Of a stretch of DNA of 15,790 nucleotides, positions 9,209-15,790 are shown piece by piece. The notes beneath the pieces are model-generated. The model had not been told where the DNA came from and made no database searches. It saw nothing but the letters and a program-made list of their open reading frames with translations. The first letter of the stretch is position 1. Every line of letters starts with the position of its first letter. This DNA comes from Candidatus Eiseniibacteriota bacterium (GTDB taxonomy: Bacteria > ARS69): positions 1 through 15,790 of the forward strand of contig JBQTGV010000186.1 in the NCBI GenBank assembly GCA_052390515.1, in the 5' to 3' direction. The position numbers were made by a program, and so were the translations under genes.

Positions 9209-9376
9209 GCCTGACGCTTCGTCTCGGCGACGAGCATCGACGAGGGCCTCGCTCAACCTCGCTCGCCGTCCTGGCTCGCTCGGATCGACGACGCCGGCTT
9301 GCGCCGTCCGTGGCTTCAGCGCGGCGGCGACGACGCTCGGCCCTCGTCGCCGCTCTGCCGAGACGCGGCGCCAGGC
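9209..9376. repeat. Intergenic imperfect inverted repeat (REP/MITE-like or structured RNA) with two internal GGA-loop hairpins
   Basis: 9209-9248 pairs with 9339-9376, including perfect 9-bp (CGTCTCGGC) and 11-bp (CGACGAGGGCC) blocks. Internal hairpins on the - strand: GCC-AGGAC-GGC (9275-9265) and GCC-ACGGAC-GGC (9314-9303). Confidence 0.75.
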
Positions 9377-9382
9377 CGACGC

Positions 9383-10447
9383 TCAGCAAACCGCGGCAAC
9401 CGGGGCGTCCTCGTCGTGCACCGAGGCGAAGGCGCCGGAGACCCGCTCCTCTTCGAGGCGGTCGAAGTACTCGTCGGCGAGCGCGGTCGCCTCGCTCACC
9501 GAGGCGGAGTGGAAGATGCGCTCGCGCAGGCGCGCACCGTAGGGCAGGCCGCGCGTGAAGTAGCCCGTGGTCTTCTTGATGCGGCCGAGCGTCGCGCGTT
9601 CGAGGCGGGCCGCGTCGTCCGTCTCGACCGATCCCTCGAGCTGCCGGAAGTAGCCGAGCAGAACGGTGCGTCGTTCCGCGAGCGTCGGCTCGTGGACGGC
9701 ACGTCCGGCGAGCGCCTCGCCGATCTGGCGGATGAGCCACGGATTGCGCAAGATGCCGCGGCCCACCATCACGCCGTCCGCGCCGGACGCCTGCAGCGCG
9801 CGCCTCGCGTCGTCGACGGTCAGGATGTCGCCGTTGACCAGCACGGGGACGTCGACGGCGCGCTTCACCCGCCCGACGAACTCCCAGTCCGCACTTCCCG
9901 TGTAGAGATCGCAGCGGGTGCGGCCGTGCACCGTGATCATGCGCGCGCCCGCGCCCGCGGCGAGCTTCGCCACTTCCGGCGCGTTGCGGTTGGCCGCGTC
10001 CCAGCCGGTGCGCATCTTCACGGTGAAGGGCACGCGTCCCGCGGTCGCGCCGGCCACTGCGGCGAAGATGTCCCGCGCCCGGTCGGGCTCGCGCAGCAGC
10101 GCGGAGCCGGCGCACCCGGAAGTGACCTTCTTCGACGGGCAGCCCAGGTTGATGTCCACGACGTCGGCGCCCAGGTCGATGCAGCACCGGGCGGCGTCGC
10201 CCATGCGAACCGGATCCCGGCCGTAGATCTGGATGGAGACCGGATGCTCGTCGGGGTCGAGCTCGGCCATCTTCCATGCCCTGGCCACGTTGCGGGTCAT
10301 CGCCTCGGAGCTCACGAACTCGGTCACGGTGAGCCCGCAGCCGCCGAGACCCCGGATCAAGCGGCGGAAGCCACGGTCGGTGATGCCCTCCATGGGGGCG
10401 AGCACCGCCGGGGGATCGATGAGAACGGGGCCGATTCGGAAGCTCAT
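9383..10447 (-). CDS. dusB: tRNA-dihydrouridine synthase B
   Basis: 354 aa from ATG 10447. Motifs [55 protein letters not shown] and NPW. Confidence 0.92.
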   Translation of the reverse strand: MSFRIGPVLIDPPAVLAPMEGITDRGFRRLIRGLGGCGLTVTEFVSSEAMTRNVARAWKMAELDPDEHPVSIQIYGRDPVRMGDAARCCIDLGADVVDINLGCPSKKVTSGCAGSALLREPDRARDIFAAVAGATAGRVPFTVKMRTGWDAANRNAPEVAKLAAGAGARMITVHGRTRCDLYTGSADWEFVGRVKRAVDVPVLVNGDILTVDDARRALQASGADGVMVGRGILRNPWLIRQIGEALAGRAVHEPTLAERRTVLLGYFRQLEGSVETDDAARLERATLGRIKKTTGYFTRGLPYGARLRERIFHSASVSEATALADEYFDRLEEERVSGAFASVHDEDAPVAAVC

Positions 10448-10454
10448 GGGGGAC

Positions 10455-10460
10455 AGGGTA
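10455..10460 (-). promoter_or_regulatory. Putative -10 box of a leaderless dusB transcript
   Basis: TACCCT (TANNNT) lies 7 nt upstream of the ATG; no Shine-Dalgarno sequence is present. Confidence 0.5.
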
Positions 10461-10578
10461 CCCGCTGACCGAGCCGCTCGCCAGGGGCGGTCGGCGGTCG
10501 CCGTCCCCGCGGCCTCCACGCGGCCGTCGTCGGCCAGGACCGGCCGGCGGGCGCTCGGGCGGCCCCGGGGACGCCGGC

Positions 10579-11319
10579 TCAGCCGGCCGGCGCGGCGGCG
10601 GGCTTCGTCGCCACGATGCAGTGCGCGATTCCCCAGGTGAGACGCGTCGGGACGACCGGAGCGAAGCCGACCGAGGAGAGCAGATCGACGAACTCCGAGG
10701 GCGTGAGGAATCCCTTCGTGCTGTGTCGCAAGTACGTGTACGCGGACGGGCTGCGTGAGATCCAGCTCCCGATGCGGGGGAGGGCGTGATCGAGGTAGGC
10801 GGAGAGCACCGGAGTCTCCTTCCTCCGGAAGAACTCCACCACGACGAGCCTACCGCCGCCGGCGAGCAGCCGGTACGCCTCGCGGAGACCTTTCTCCGGA
10901 TCGGCGAAGTTGCGGACCCCGAAGCCCGCGGAGACGACGTCGAACGCCGCGTCCGGCTCGGGCACGCGCAGCGCGTCGCCTTCCCGGAAGCTGACGCGGC
11001 CGGCGAGTCCCTTCGCCGCCGCCTTCTCTCGGGCCAGCCGGATCATCTCCGGGCTCAGGTCCAGCCCCAGGACTTCGCCCCGGAAGCCCGCCGCGCGCGC
11101 GAACTCGAAAGCCAGGTCGCCGGTCCCGGTGGCGAGGTCGAGAATGCGCTTCGCCTCTTCGGGTCGCGCCGAACGGACCGCGGTCCGCCGCCACGAACGA
11201 TCGAGGCCGGCCGAAAGCACGTGGTTCAGCAGGTCGTAGCGCGGGGCGACCTGCGAGAACATGGAAGCGATCCGTTCCGGATCGCGTTCGAGCAGCAGCG
11301 GATCGAGGTATTGCTTCAC
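10579..11319 (-). CDS. ubiE: Ubiquinone/menaquinone biosynthesis C-methyltransferase (UbiE/MenG)
   Basis: 246 aa from GTG 11319. Motifs [45 protein letters not shown] and AYTYL..S. The longer track ORF runs antisense through the GcvT-like gene. Confidence 0.9.
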   Translation of the reverse strand: MKQYLDPLLLERDPERIASMFSQVAPRYDLLNHVLSAGLDRSWRRTAVRSARPEEAKRILDLATGTGDLAFEFARAAGFRGEVLGLDLSPEMIRLAREKAAAKGLAGRVSFREGDALRVPEPDAAFDVVSAGFGVRNFADPEKGLREAYRLLAGGGRLVVVEFFRRKETPVLSAYLDHALPRIGSWISRSPSAYTYLRHSTKGFLTPSEFVDLLSSVGFAPVVPTRLTWGIAHCIVATKPAAAPAG

Positions 11320-11328
11320 AGGCCGCCG

Positions 11329-11337
11329 AGTGTGCCA
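11329..11337 (-). promoter_or_regulatory. Possible extended -10 box of ubiE (near-leaderless)
   Basis: TGgCACACT ends 9 nt upstream of the GTG; no Shine-Dalgarno sequence is present. Confidence 0.3.
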
Positions 11338-11443
11338 GAGGCATCCGTCTCGGGGCAAGCGCGGCGTTCGGCGCGCGGCTGGTCGCGCGAACGAACCCGC
11401 GCAGACGCGGGGGCCGAGTCTTTCTCGGAAGCGGGACTTCGCG

Positions 11444-11449
11444 TAGCAT
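11444..11449 (+). promoter_or_regulatory. Putative -10 box of the (near-)leaderless GcvT-like operon transcript
   Basis: TAGCAT (TANNNT) lies 8 nt upstream of ATG 11458; no Shine-Dalgarno sequence at normal spacing. Confidence 0.5.
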
Positions 11450-11457
11450 GTCGCGCC

Positions 11458-12648
11458 ATGCCCGTGCCGAGCCCCTTTCACCCGCGCACCTCCCAGCTCT
11501 GCACGAGCTACCGCTGGAAGGACTGGGCCGGCTACGCCGCAGTCTGCGCGTACGACGTCTACCACGAGCGCGAGTACTTCGCGTTCCGCCACACCGCCGG
11601 CCTGATCGACGTGACCCCGCTCTTCAAGTACGAGGTGACCGGGAAGGACGCCGGGGCCTTCCTGTCGCGCGTGATGGTGCGGGACGCGGCGAAGATGAAG
11701 CGGGGTGTCGTGGCCTACTGCTGCTGGTGCGACGACGCGGGCAAGGTCATCGACGACGGGACCGTCTGGCGCCTGGGCGAGACGCACTACCGGGTGACTT
11801 CGGCGGAGCCCTCGCTCGCCTGGCTCGCGCGCAACGCGCGCGGCCTGGACGTGACCCTCGAGGACTCCACCGCGCGCATCGCCACGCTCTCCCTGCAGGG
11901 GCCGACCTCGCGCGAGATCCTGCGCCGCGCCTGCGACGCGCCGGTGGACGCGCTCAAGTACTTCCGGCTGGCGGAGGCGCGCTTCGACGGCTTCTCCGGC
12001 ACGGTCACGCGCACGGGCTACAGCGGTGACCTCGGCTACGAGATCTGGGTGGACGCGCGCGACGCCGTTCGCCTCTGGGACGTGCTGGCCGACGCCGGGA
12101 AGGACCTCGGGATGCAGCCCGCGGGGCTCGACGCGTACGACATGGTGCGCATCGAGGCGGGCTACGTGATGAACGGCGTGGACTACTACAGCGCGAACCA
12201 CTGCCTGATCGAGTCGCGCAAGTCCACGCCGTACGAGCTGGATCTCGGATGGACGGTGAAGCTGGACCGCGATGCGTTCAACGGACAGGCGGCGCTGCGC
12301 GCCGAGAAGCAGCGCGGGCCCTCGCGGTGCTTCGTGGGGCTCGAGGTGGACTGGGACGAGACGGAGCGGCTCTTCGCGGCTCTGGGGCTTCCACCGGAGA
12401 TCGCCAGCCGCGCCTGGCGCGACCCGCGGCCGGTCTACGACGCCGAGGGTCGCCAGGTCGGGCAGGCCACGAGCGGCAGCTGGTCGCCGCTGCTCAAGAA
12501 GAACCTCGCGCTCGCCACCGTGCGCGCTCCCTGGGCCGAGGTCGGCCGGGAGCTGCGCATGGAAGTCACCGTCGAGTACGTTCGCCGCTCCGTGAAGGCC
12601 ACCGTGAGGCAGAAGCCGTTCTTCGACCCCGAGCGAAAGAAGGCGTGA
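11458..12648 (+). CDS. Aminomethyltransferase (GcvT-like) folate-binding family protein, not canonical GcvT
   Basis: 396 aa. Motifs SPFHPR, GLIDVTPLFK (canonical GcvT has DVSHMG), GKVIDDG, LQGP, TRTGYSGDLGYEIW, RIEAG, TSGSWSP and PFFDP. Confidence 0.9.
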   Translation: MPVPSPFHPRTSQLCTSYRWKDWAGYAAVCAYDVYHEREYFAFRHTAGLIDVTPLFKYEVTGKDAGAFLSRVMVRDAAKMKRGVVAYCCWCDDAGKVIDDGTVWRLGETHYRVTSAEPSLAWLARNARGLDVTLEDSTARIATLSLQGPTSREILRRACDAPVDALKYFRLAEARFDGFSGTVTRTGYSGDLGYEIWVDARDAVRLWDVLADAGKDLGMQPAGLDAYDMVRIEAGYVMNGVDYYSANHCLIESRKSTPYELDLGWTVKLDRDAFNGQAALRAEKQRGPSRCFVGLEVDWDETERLFAALGLPPEIASRAWRDPRPVYDAEGRQVGQATSGSWSPLLKKNLALATVRAPWAEVGRELRMEVTVEYVRRSVKATVRQKPFFDPERKKA

Positions 12649-14231
12649 TGACCTGGGACGCGATCGTCGTCGGCGGCGGGCACAACGGGCTGGTCTGCGC
12701 CGCGTATCTCGCGAAGGCGGGGCGCAAGGTGCTCGTTCTCGAACGCCGGCACGTCCTGGGGGGTGCCGCCGTCTCCGAGGAGCTGCATCCCGGCTTCACG
12801 TTCTCGGTCTGCTCGTACGTGGTGAGCCTCTTCCGGCCGCACATCATCCGCGAGCTGGAGCTCACCCGGCACGGGATGGAGCTCATCCCCCTGGAATGCT
12901 CGTTCCTGCCGCTTCCCGGCGGGGACTCGCTCTGCCGCTGGGCGGACCCGCAGCGCACGCGCCGGGAGGTGTCGCGCTTCTCCGAGCGGGACGCGGAGAC
13001 GCTGTCGGAGTTCTCCCTGGCGATGACGCGTATGGCGCACTTCGCCAAGAACCTCATCGACGCGCCTGCGCCCGATCCCGCTTCACTCGACCCGCGGGAA
13101 CTGGCGAGGCTGCTTCGCCTGGGCCGGATGCTGGGGCAGCTCGATCCGGATCTCCGCTACCTCAATCTGCAGCTCGGCACGATGAGCGCCGTCGACTTTC
13201 TCGACCTGTGGTTCGAGTCCGACGTGCTGAAGGCGCCCATGTCGGTCAGCGGGATCATCGGGACGTTTCTCGGTGTGCGTTCGCCGGGCACGGCCTACGT
13301 GCTGCTGCACCACTACATGGGCGAGATCGACGGGGCGTTCCGTTCCTGGGGGTTCTCGAAAGGAGGCACCGGCCGGGTGAGCCAGGCCATCGCCTCGGCC
13401 GCGCGCGCCTTCGGCGCCGAGATCCGCACCGACGCGCCCGTGGCGCGCGCTCTGGTGAGGAACGGGACGGCGGAGGGCGTCGTGCTGCAGAACGGCGACG
13501 AGCTGCGCGCGAAGGTTGTGGTCTCGGCCCTCGACCCCCACCGCACGTTCTTCCGTCTCGTGGGCGAGGAGCATCTCGACCCGGAGTTCACGGCGAAGAT
13601 CCGACGATACAAGCTCCGCGGGAGCTCAGGCAAGGTGAACCTGGCCGTGGACCGCTTGCCGCGCTTCACCGGGAACCGCGAAGGCAACCATCATCTGCGC
13701 GGCGACATCGCCATAGCGCCGAGCATCGAGTACCTGGAGCGCGCCTACGACGACGCGAAGTACGGGGAGTTCTCGCGGCGGCCTTATATAAATGTGGTGA
13801 TCCCGTCGCTGCTGGACTCGACGGTCGCGCCGCCGGGGCAGCACGTCATCTCCTGTTTCGTGCAATACGCGCCGTATCGCCGGAACGGCGGCCCGGAGAC
13901 CTGGCCGGAGCACCGCGAGGAGTTCGGCGATACGGTCGTCGACACGCTCGCCGAGTACTGCCCGGGTCTGAAGGAGTCCATCCTGTTCCGGCAGGTGCTG
14001 ACCCCCTGGGATCTCGAGCAGGAATTCGGTCTCACCGAGGGGAACATCTTCCATGGGGAGCTCTCGCCGGAGCAGCTTCTCTTCCAGCGTCCCGCCGCGG
14101 GGTGGGCGCGGTACCGCACGCCGGTGCGCAATCTATGGATGTGCGCGAGCGGGACGCACCCGGGCGGCGGGGTCATGGGAGCGCCCGGCGAGCTGGCTGC
14201 GAAGACCATGCTGCGGAGGCGCGCACTGTGA
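12648..14231 (+). CDS. FAD-dependent oxidoreductase, phytoene dehydrogenase superfamily, PYROXD2-like (paralog 1)
   Basis: 527 aa; the ATG overlaps the upstream stop (TGATG). Motifs GGGHNGL, LGGA..EE..PGF.FS..SY..SL, YVLLHH.MG, GL..GNIFHG and SGTHPGGGVMG. Confidence 0.9.
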   Translation: MTWDAIVVGGGHNGLVCAAYLAKAGRKVLVLERRHVLGGAAVSEELHPGFTFSVCSYVVSLFRPHIIRELELTRHGMELIPLECSFLPLPGGDSLCRWADPQRTRREVSRFSERDAETLSEFSLAMTRMAHFAKNLIDAPAPDPASLDPRELARLLRLGRMLGQLDPDLRYLNLQLGTMSAVDFLDLWFESDVLKAPMSVSGIIGTFLGVRSPGTAYVLLHHYMGEIDGAFRSWGFSKGGTGRVSQAIASAARAFGAEIRTDAPVARALVRNGTAEGVVLQNGDELRAKVVVSALDPHRTFFRLVGEEHLDPEFTAKIRRYKLRGSSGKVNLAVDRLPRFTGNREGNHHLRGDIAIAPSIEYLERAYDDAKYGEFSRRPYINVVIPSLLDSTVAPPGQHVISCFVQYAPYRRNGGPETWPEHREEFGDTVVDTLAEYCPGLKESILFRQVLTPWDLEQEFGLTEGNIFHGELSPEQLLFQRPAAGWARYRTPVRNLWMCASGTHPGGGVMGAPGELAAKTMLRRRAL

Positions 14232-15766
14232 GCCGTCCCGACGTCCTCGTGATCGGCGCGGGCGTCAACGGGCTCGTCTGCGCGGCGTCGCTGGCGAAGG
14301 CCGGCCGGCGCGTCGTGCTGCTGGAGAGATCCGCTCACGCGGGTGGCCTCGCCGCGGGCGGCGAGTTCCATCCGGGATACCGTTCCGCGGGGATGCACCA
14401 TGACACGAGCGCTCTCCGCGGGGAGATCGTCCGCGCCCTGGAGCTCGAGAAACACGGGCTGGAGCTGGCTCCCGGTCCGGGTCCGGTACTCGTTCCCGAG
14501 CCGGACGGCCCCGGATTCCTCCTGCATCACGAAGCGGACGAGACGGCGAAGGACCTCGCGGGGCGCTCGGGTCGGGACGCCGAGGCCTTCGCCTCGTACC
14601 GCGCCTTCTTCGAGCGGATCCGGCCCTGGGCCGACCGCCTCTTCCGCGAGCCTCCGCCCGATCTGCTGGGCGGCGGCGACGGCACGCGCATCGCGCGGGA
14701 GGGCTGGGCGCTCCGCCGCCTCGGCGCCGACCTCATGCTGGAGCTCCTGCGCATCGGCCCGATGTGCGTCGCCGACTGGCTCGACGAGCGCTTCGCCTCG
14801 CCGCTCCTGAAGGGCGCGCTCGCCGTTCCGGCCGTGTCCGGCTCGTTCGTCGGGCCGTGGTCGCCGGGCACGCAGGCGAACCTCGTGCTGCACGAGTGCT
14901 CCGTGGCCCGCCCCCCGCGACGCGGGGCGCAGGCGCTGGTCGACGCTCTCGTGGCGGCGGCCCGCGCGTCCGGCGTCGAGCTGCGCTTCGGGGCGTGCGT
15001 CGAGCGCATCCGCGTCGGCGCCGGCGGCGTGGTGGGCGTGCTGCTGCGCGGGGGAGAGACGGTCGATGCGCGGATCGTGGCGGCGTCCTGCGACCCGAAG
15101 ACGGCGCTGCTGCGTCTCGTCGAGCCCGGACGCCTGCCGCTCCAGGCCGAGAGCCGCCTCGCCGCGTACCGCGCGAACGGAACGACGGCGAAGGTGAACC
15201 TCGCCCTCTCCGGCGAGCTCGGATTCGCCTCCCGTCCGGACCTTGCCGTCGAATCCGCGCGCATCGCCGGAACTCTCGACGACCTGGAGCGCGCCTTCGA
15301 TCCGATCAAGTACGGCCGCTTCGCGGAGTCCCCGGCGCTCGACGTGTGGGTGCCGACGCGGGCGAACCCCAGCTGGGCGCCGAACGGCCATCACGTCGTC
15401 TCCATCCTCGTGCACTTCGCGCCGCTCCGCCTCGAGGGCGGGTGGGACGACGCCTCCCGCCACCGCCTGGGGGACGCCGTCGTCTCCTCGCTCGCGCGGT
15501 ACGCGCCCGGGCTGCCGGGGCGCATCGTCGCCCGCGAGGTGCTCGCGCCGCCCGACATCGAGAGCCGCTGGGGTACCGCGGGCGGCCACGTCCACCACGG
15601 CGACCACACGCTCGATCAGCTCCTGATCCGCCCCGTTCCGGAGTGCGCGCGCTATGCGACGCCCATCCCCGGGCTGTTCCTCGCGGGGCGGGGGTCTCAC
15701 CCCGGCGTGGGCATGAGCGGGGCCCCCGGGGCCATCGCCGCCCGGGTCATGCTGGCCCGACGCTGA
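14228..15766 (+). CDS. FAD-dependent oxidoreductase, phytoene dehydrogenase superfamily, PYROXD2-like (divergent paralog 2)
   Basis: 512 aa; the GTG overlaps the upstream stop (GTGA). Motifs GAGVNGL, EFHPG, AKVNLAL, LERAFD..KYG, GGHVHHG and GSHPG.G..G.PG; colinear with paralog 1. Confidence 0.88.
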   Translation: MSRPDVLVIGAGVNGLVCAASLAKAGRRVVLLERSAHAGGLAAGGEFHPGYRSAGMHHDTSALRGEIVRALELEKHGLELAPGPGPVLVPEPDGPGFLLHHEADETAKDLAGRSGRDAEAFASYRAFFERIRPWADRLFREPPPDLLGGGDGTRIAREGWALRRLGADLMLELLRIGPMCVADWLDERFASPLLKGALAVPAVSGSFVGPWSPGTQANLVLHECSVARPPRRGAQALVDALVAAARASGVELRFGACVERIRVGAGGVVGVLLRGGETVDARIVAASCDPKTALLRLVEPGRLPLQAESRLAAYRANGTTAKVNLALSGELGFASRPDLAVESARIAGTLDDLERAFDPIKYGRFAESPALDVWVPTRANPSWAPNGHHVVSILVHFAPLRLEGGWDDASRHRLGDAVVSSLARYAPGLPGRIVAREVLAPPDIESRWGTAGGHVHHGDHTLDQLLIRPVPECARYATPIPGLFLAGRGSHPGVGMSGAPGAIAARVMLARR

Positions 15767-15790
15767 AACCAGATGTGGCAATCAGCTACA

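Noticed and set aside
9202-9382. Moco/Wco riboswitch or CRISPR array upstream of the molybdoenzyme
   Set aside because: I could not recognise the riboswitch consensus, and there are no regularly spaced direct repeats. It is reported instead as an unclassified inverted-repeat element; an Rfam search would be decisive.
10461-10578. GC-rich hairpins between ubiE and dusB as a terminator or ncRNA
   Set aside because: The stems are short and imperfect with no U-tract, which is not beyond expectation for very GC-rich DNA.
11322-11338. Sigma-54 promoter (CTGGCAC on the - strand) upstream of ubiE
   Set aside because: There is no TTGC -12 element at the required spacing.
11458-12648. Canonical glycine cleavage T protein (gcvT) and an upstream glycine riboswitch
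   Set aside because: The protein has DVTPLFK rather than DVSHMG, gcvH/gcvP are not adjacent, and no glycine-aptamer motifs were recognised upstream.
1093-14227. Long N-terminal extensions in the ORF track (starts at 1093, 1950, 2195, 10786, 12201, 12249, 12896) suggesting fusion proteins
   Set aside because: Each extension overlaps a neighbouring real gene in another frame or strand. Family homology begins at the downstream starts, which are supported by an RBS, stop/start coupling or a -10-like box.
12648-15766. Carotenoid biosynthesis (crtI/crtO) interpretation
   Set aside because: No phytoene synthase or other crt gene is in the window, the motifs resemble PYROXD2, and the genes are coupled to a folate-binding protein.
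15767-15790. Drop in GC content after the last stop codon (possible element boundary)
   Set aside because: Only 24 nt are visible, too few to interpret.

Overview
High-GC (roughly 70% by eye) bacterial chromosomal segment of uncertain phylum with 13 credible CDSs in three blocks. (1) A + strand operon (<1-5701): creatininase-family amidohydrolase (5'-truncated), SDR, Rid protein, crotonase, acyl-CoA dehydrogenase and bifunctional anthraniloyl/salicylyl-CoA monooxygenase-reductase. This is an abm-type aerobic CoA-dependent aromatic degradation cluster. (2) A - strand run (5680-11319): UbiE/MenG methyltransferase, DusB, FdhF/YdeP-family molybdoenzyme and a DUF1704/QEGLA (MATCAP-like) metallopeptidase, with a ~170-nt structured palindromic element between dusB and the molybdoenzyme. 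(3) A + strand three-gene operon with overlapping stop/start codons (11458-15766): an orphan GcvT-like folate-binding protein and two tandem PYROXD2/phytoene-dehydrogenase-like flavoproteins. Block 3 is the best candidate for an undescribed system, inferred to be a split THF-dependent N-demethylase. No rRNA, tRNA, CRISPR array or transposase was seen. All family assignments come from motif recognition; no database search was run.
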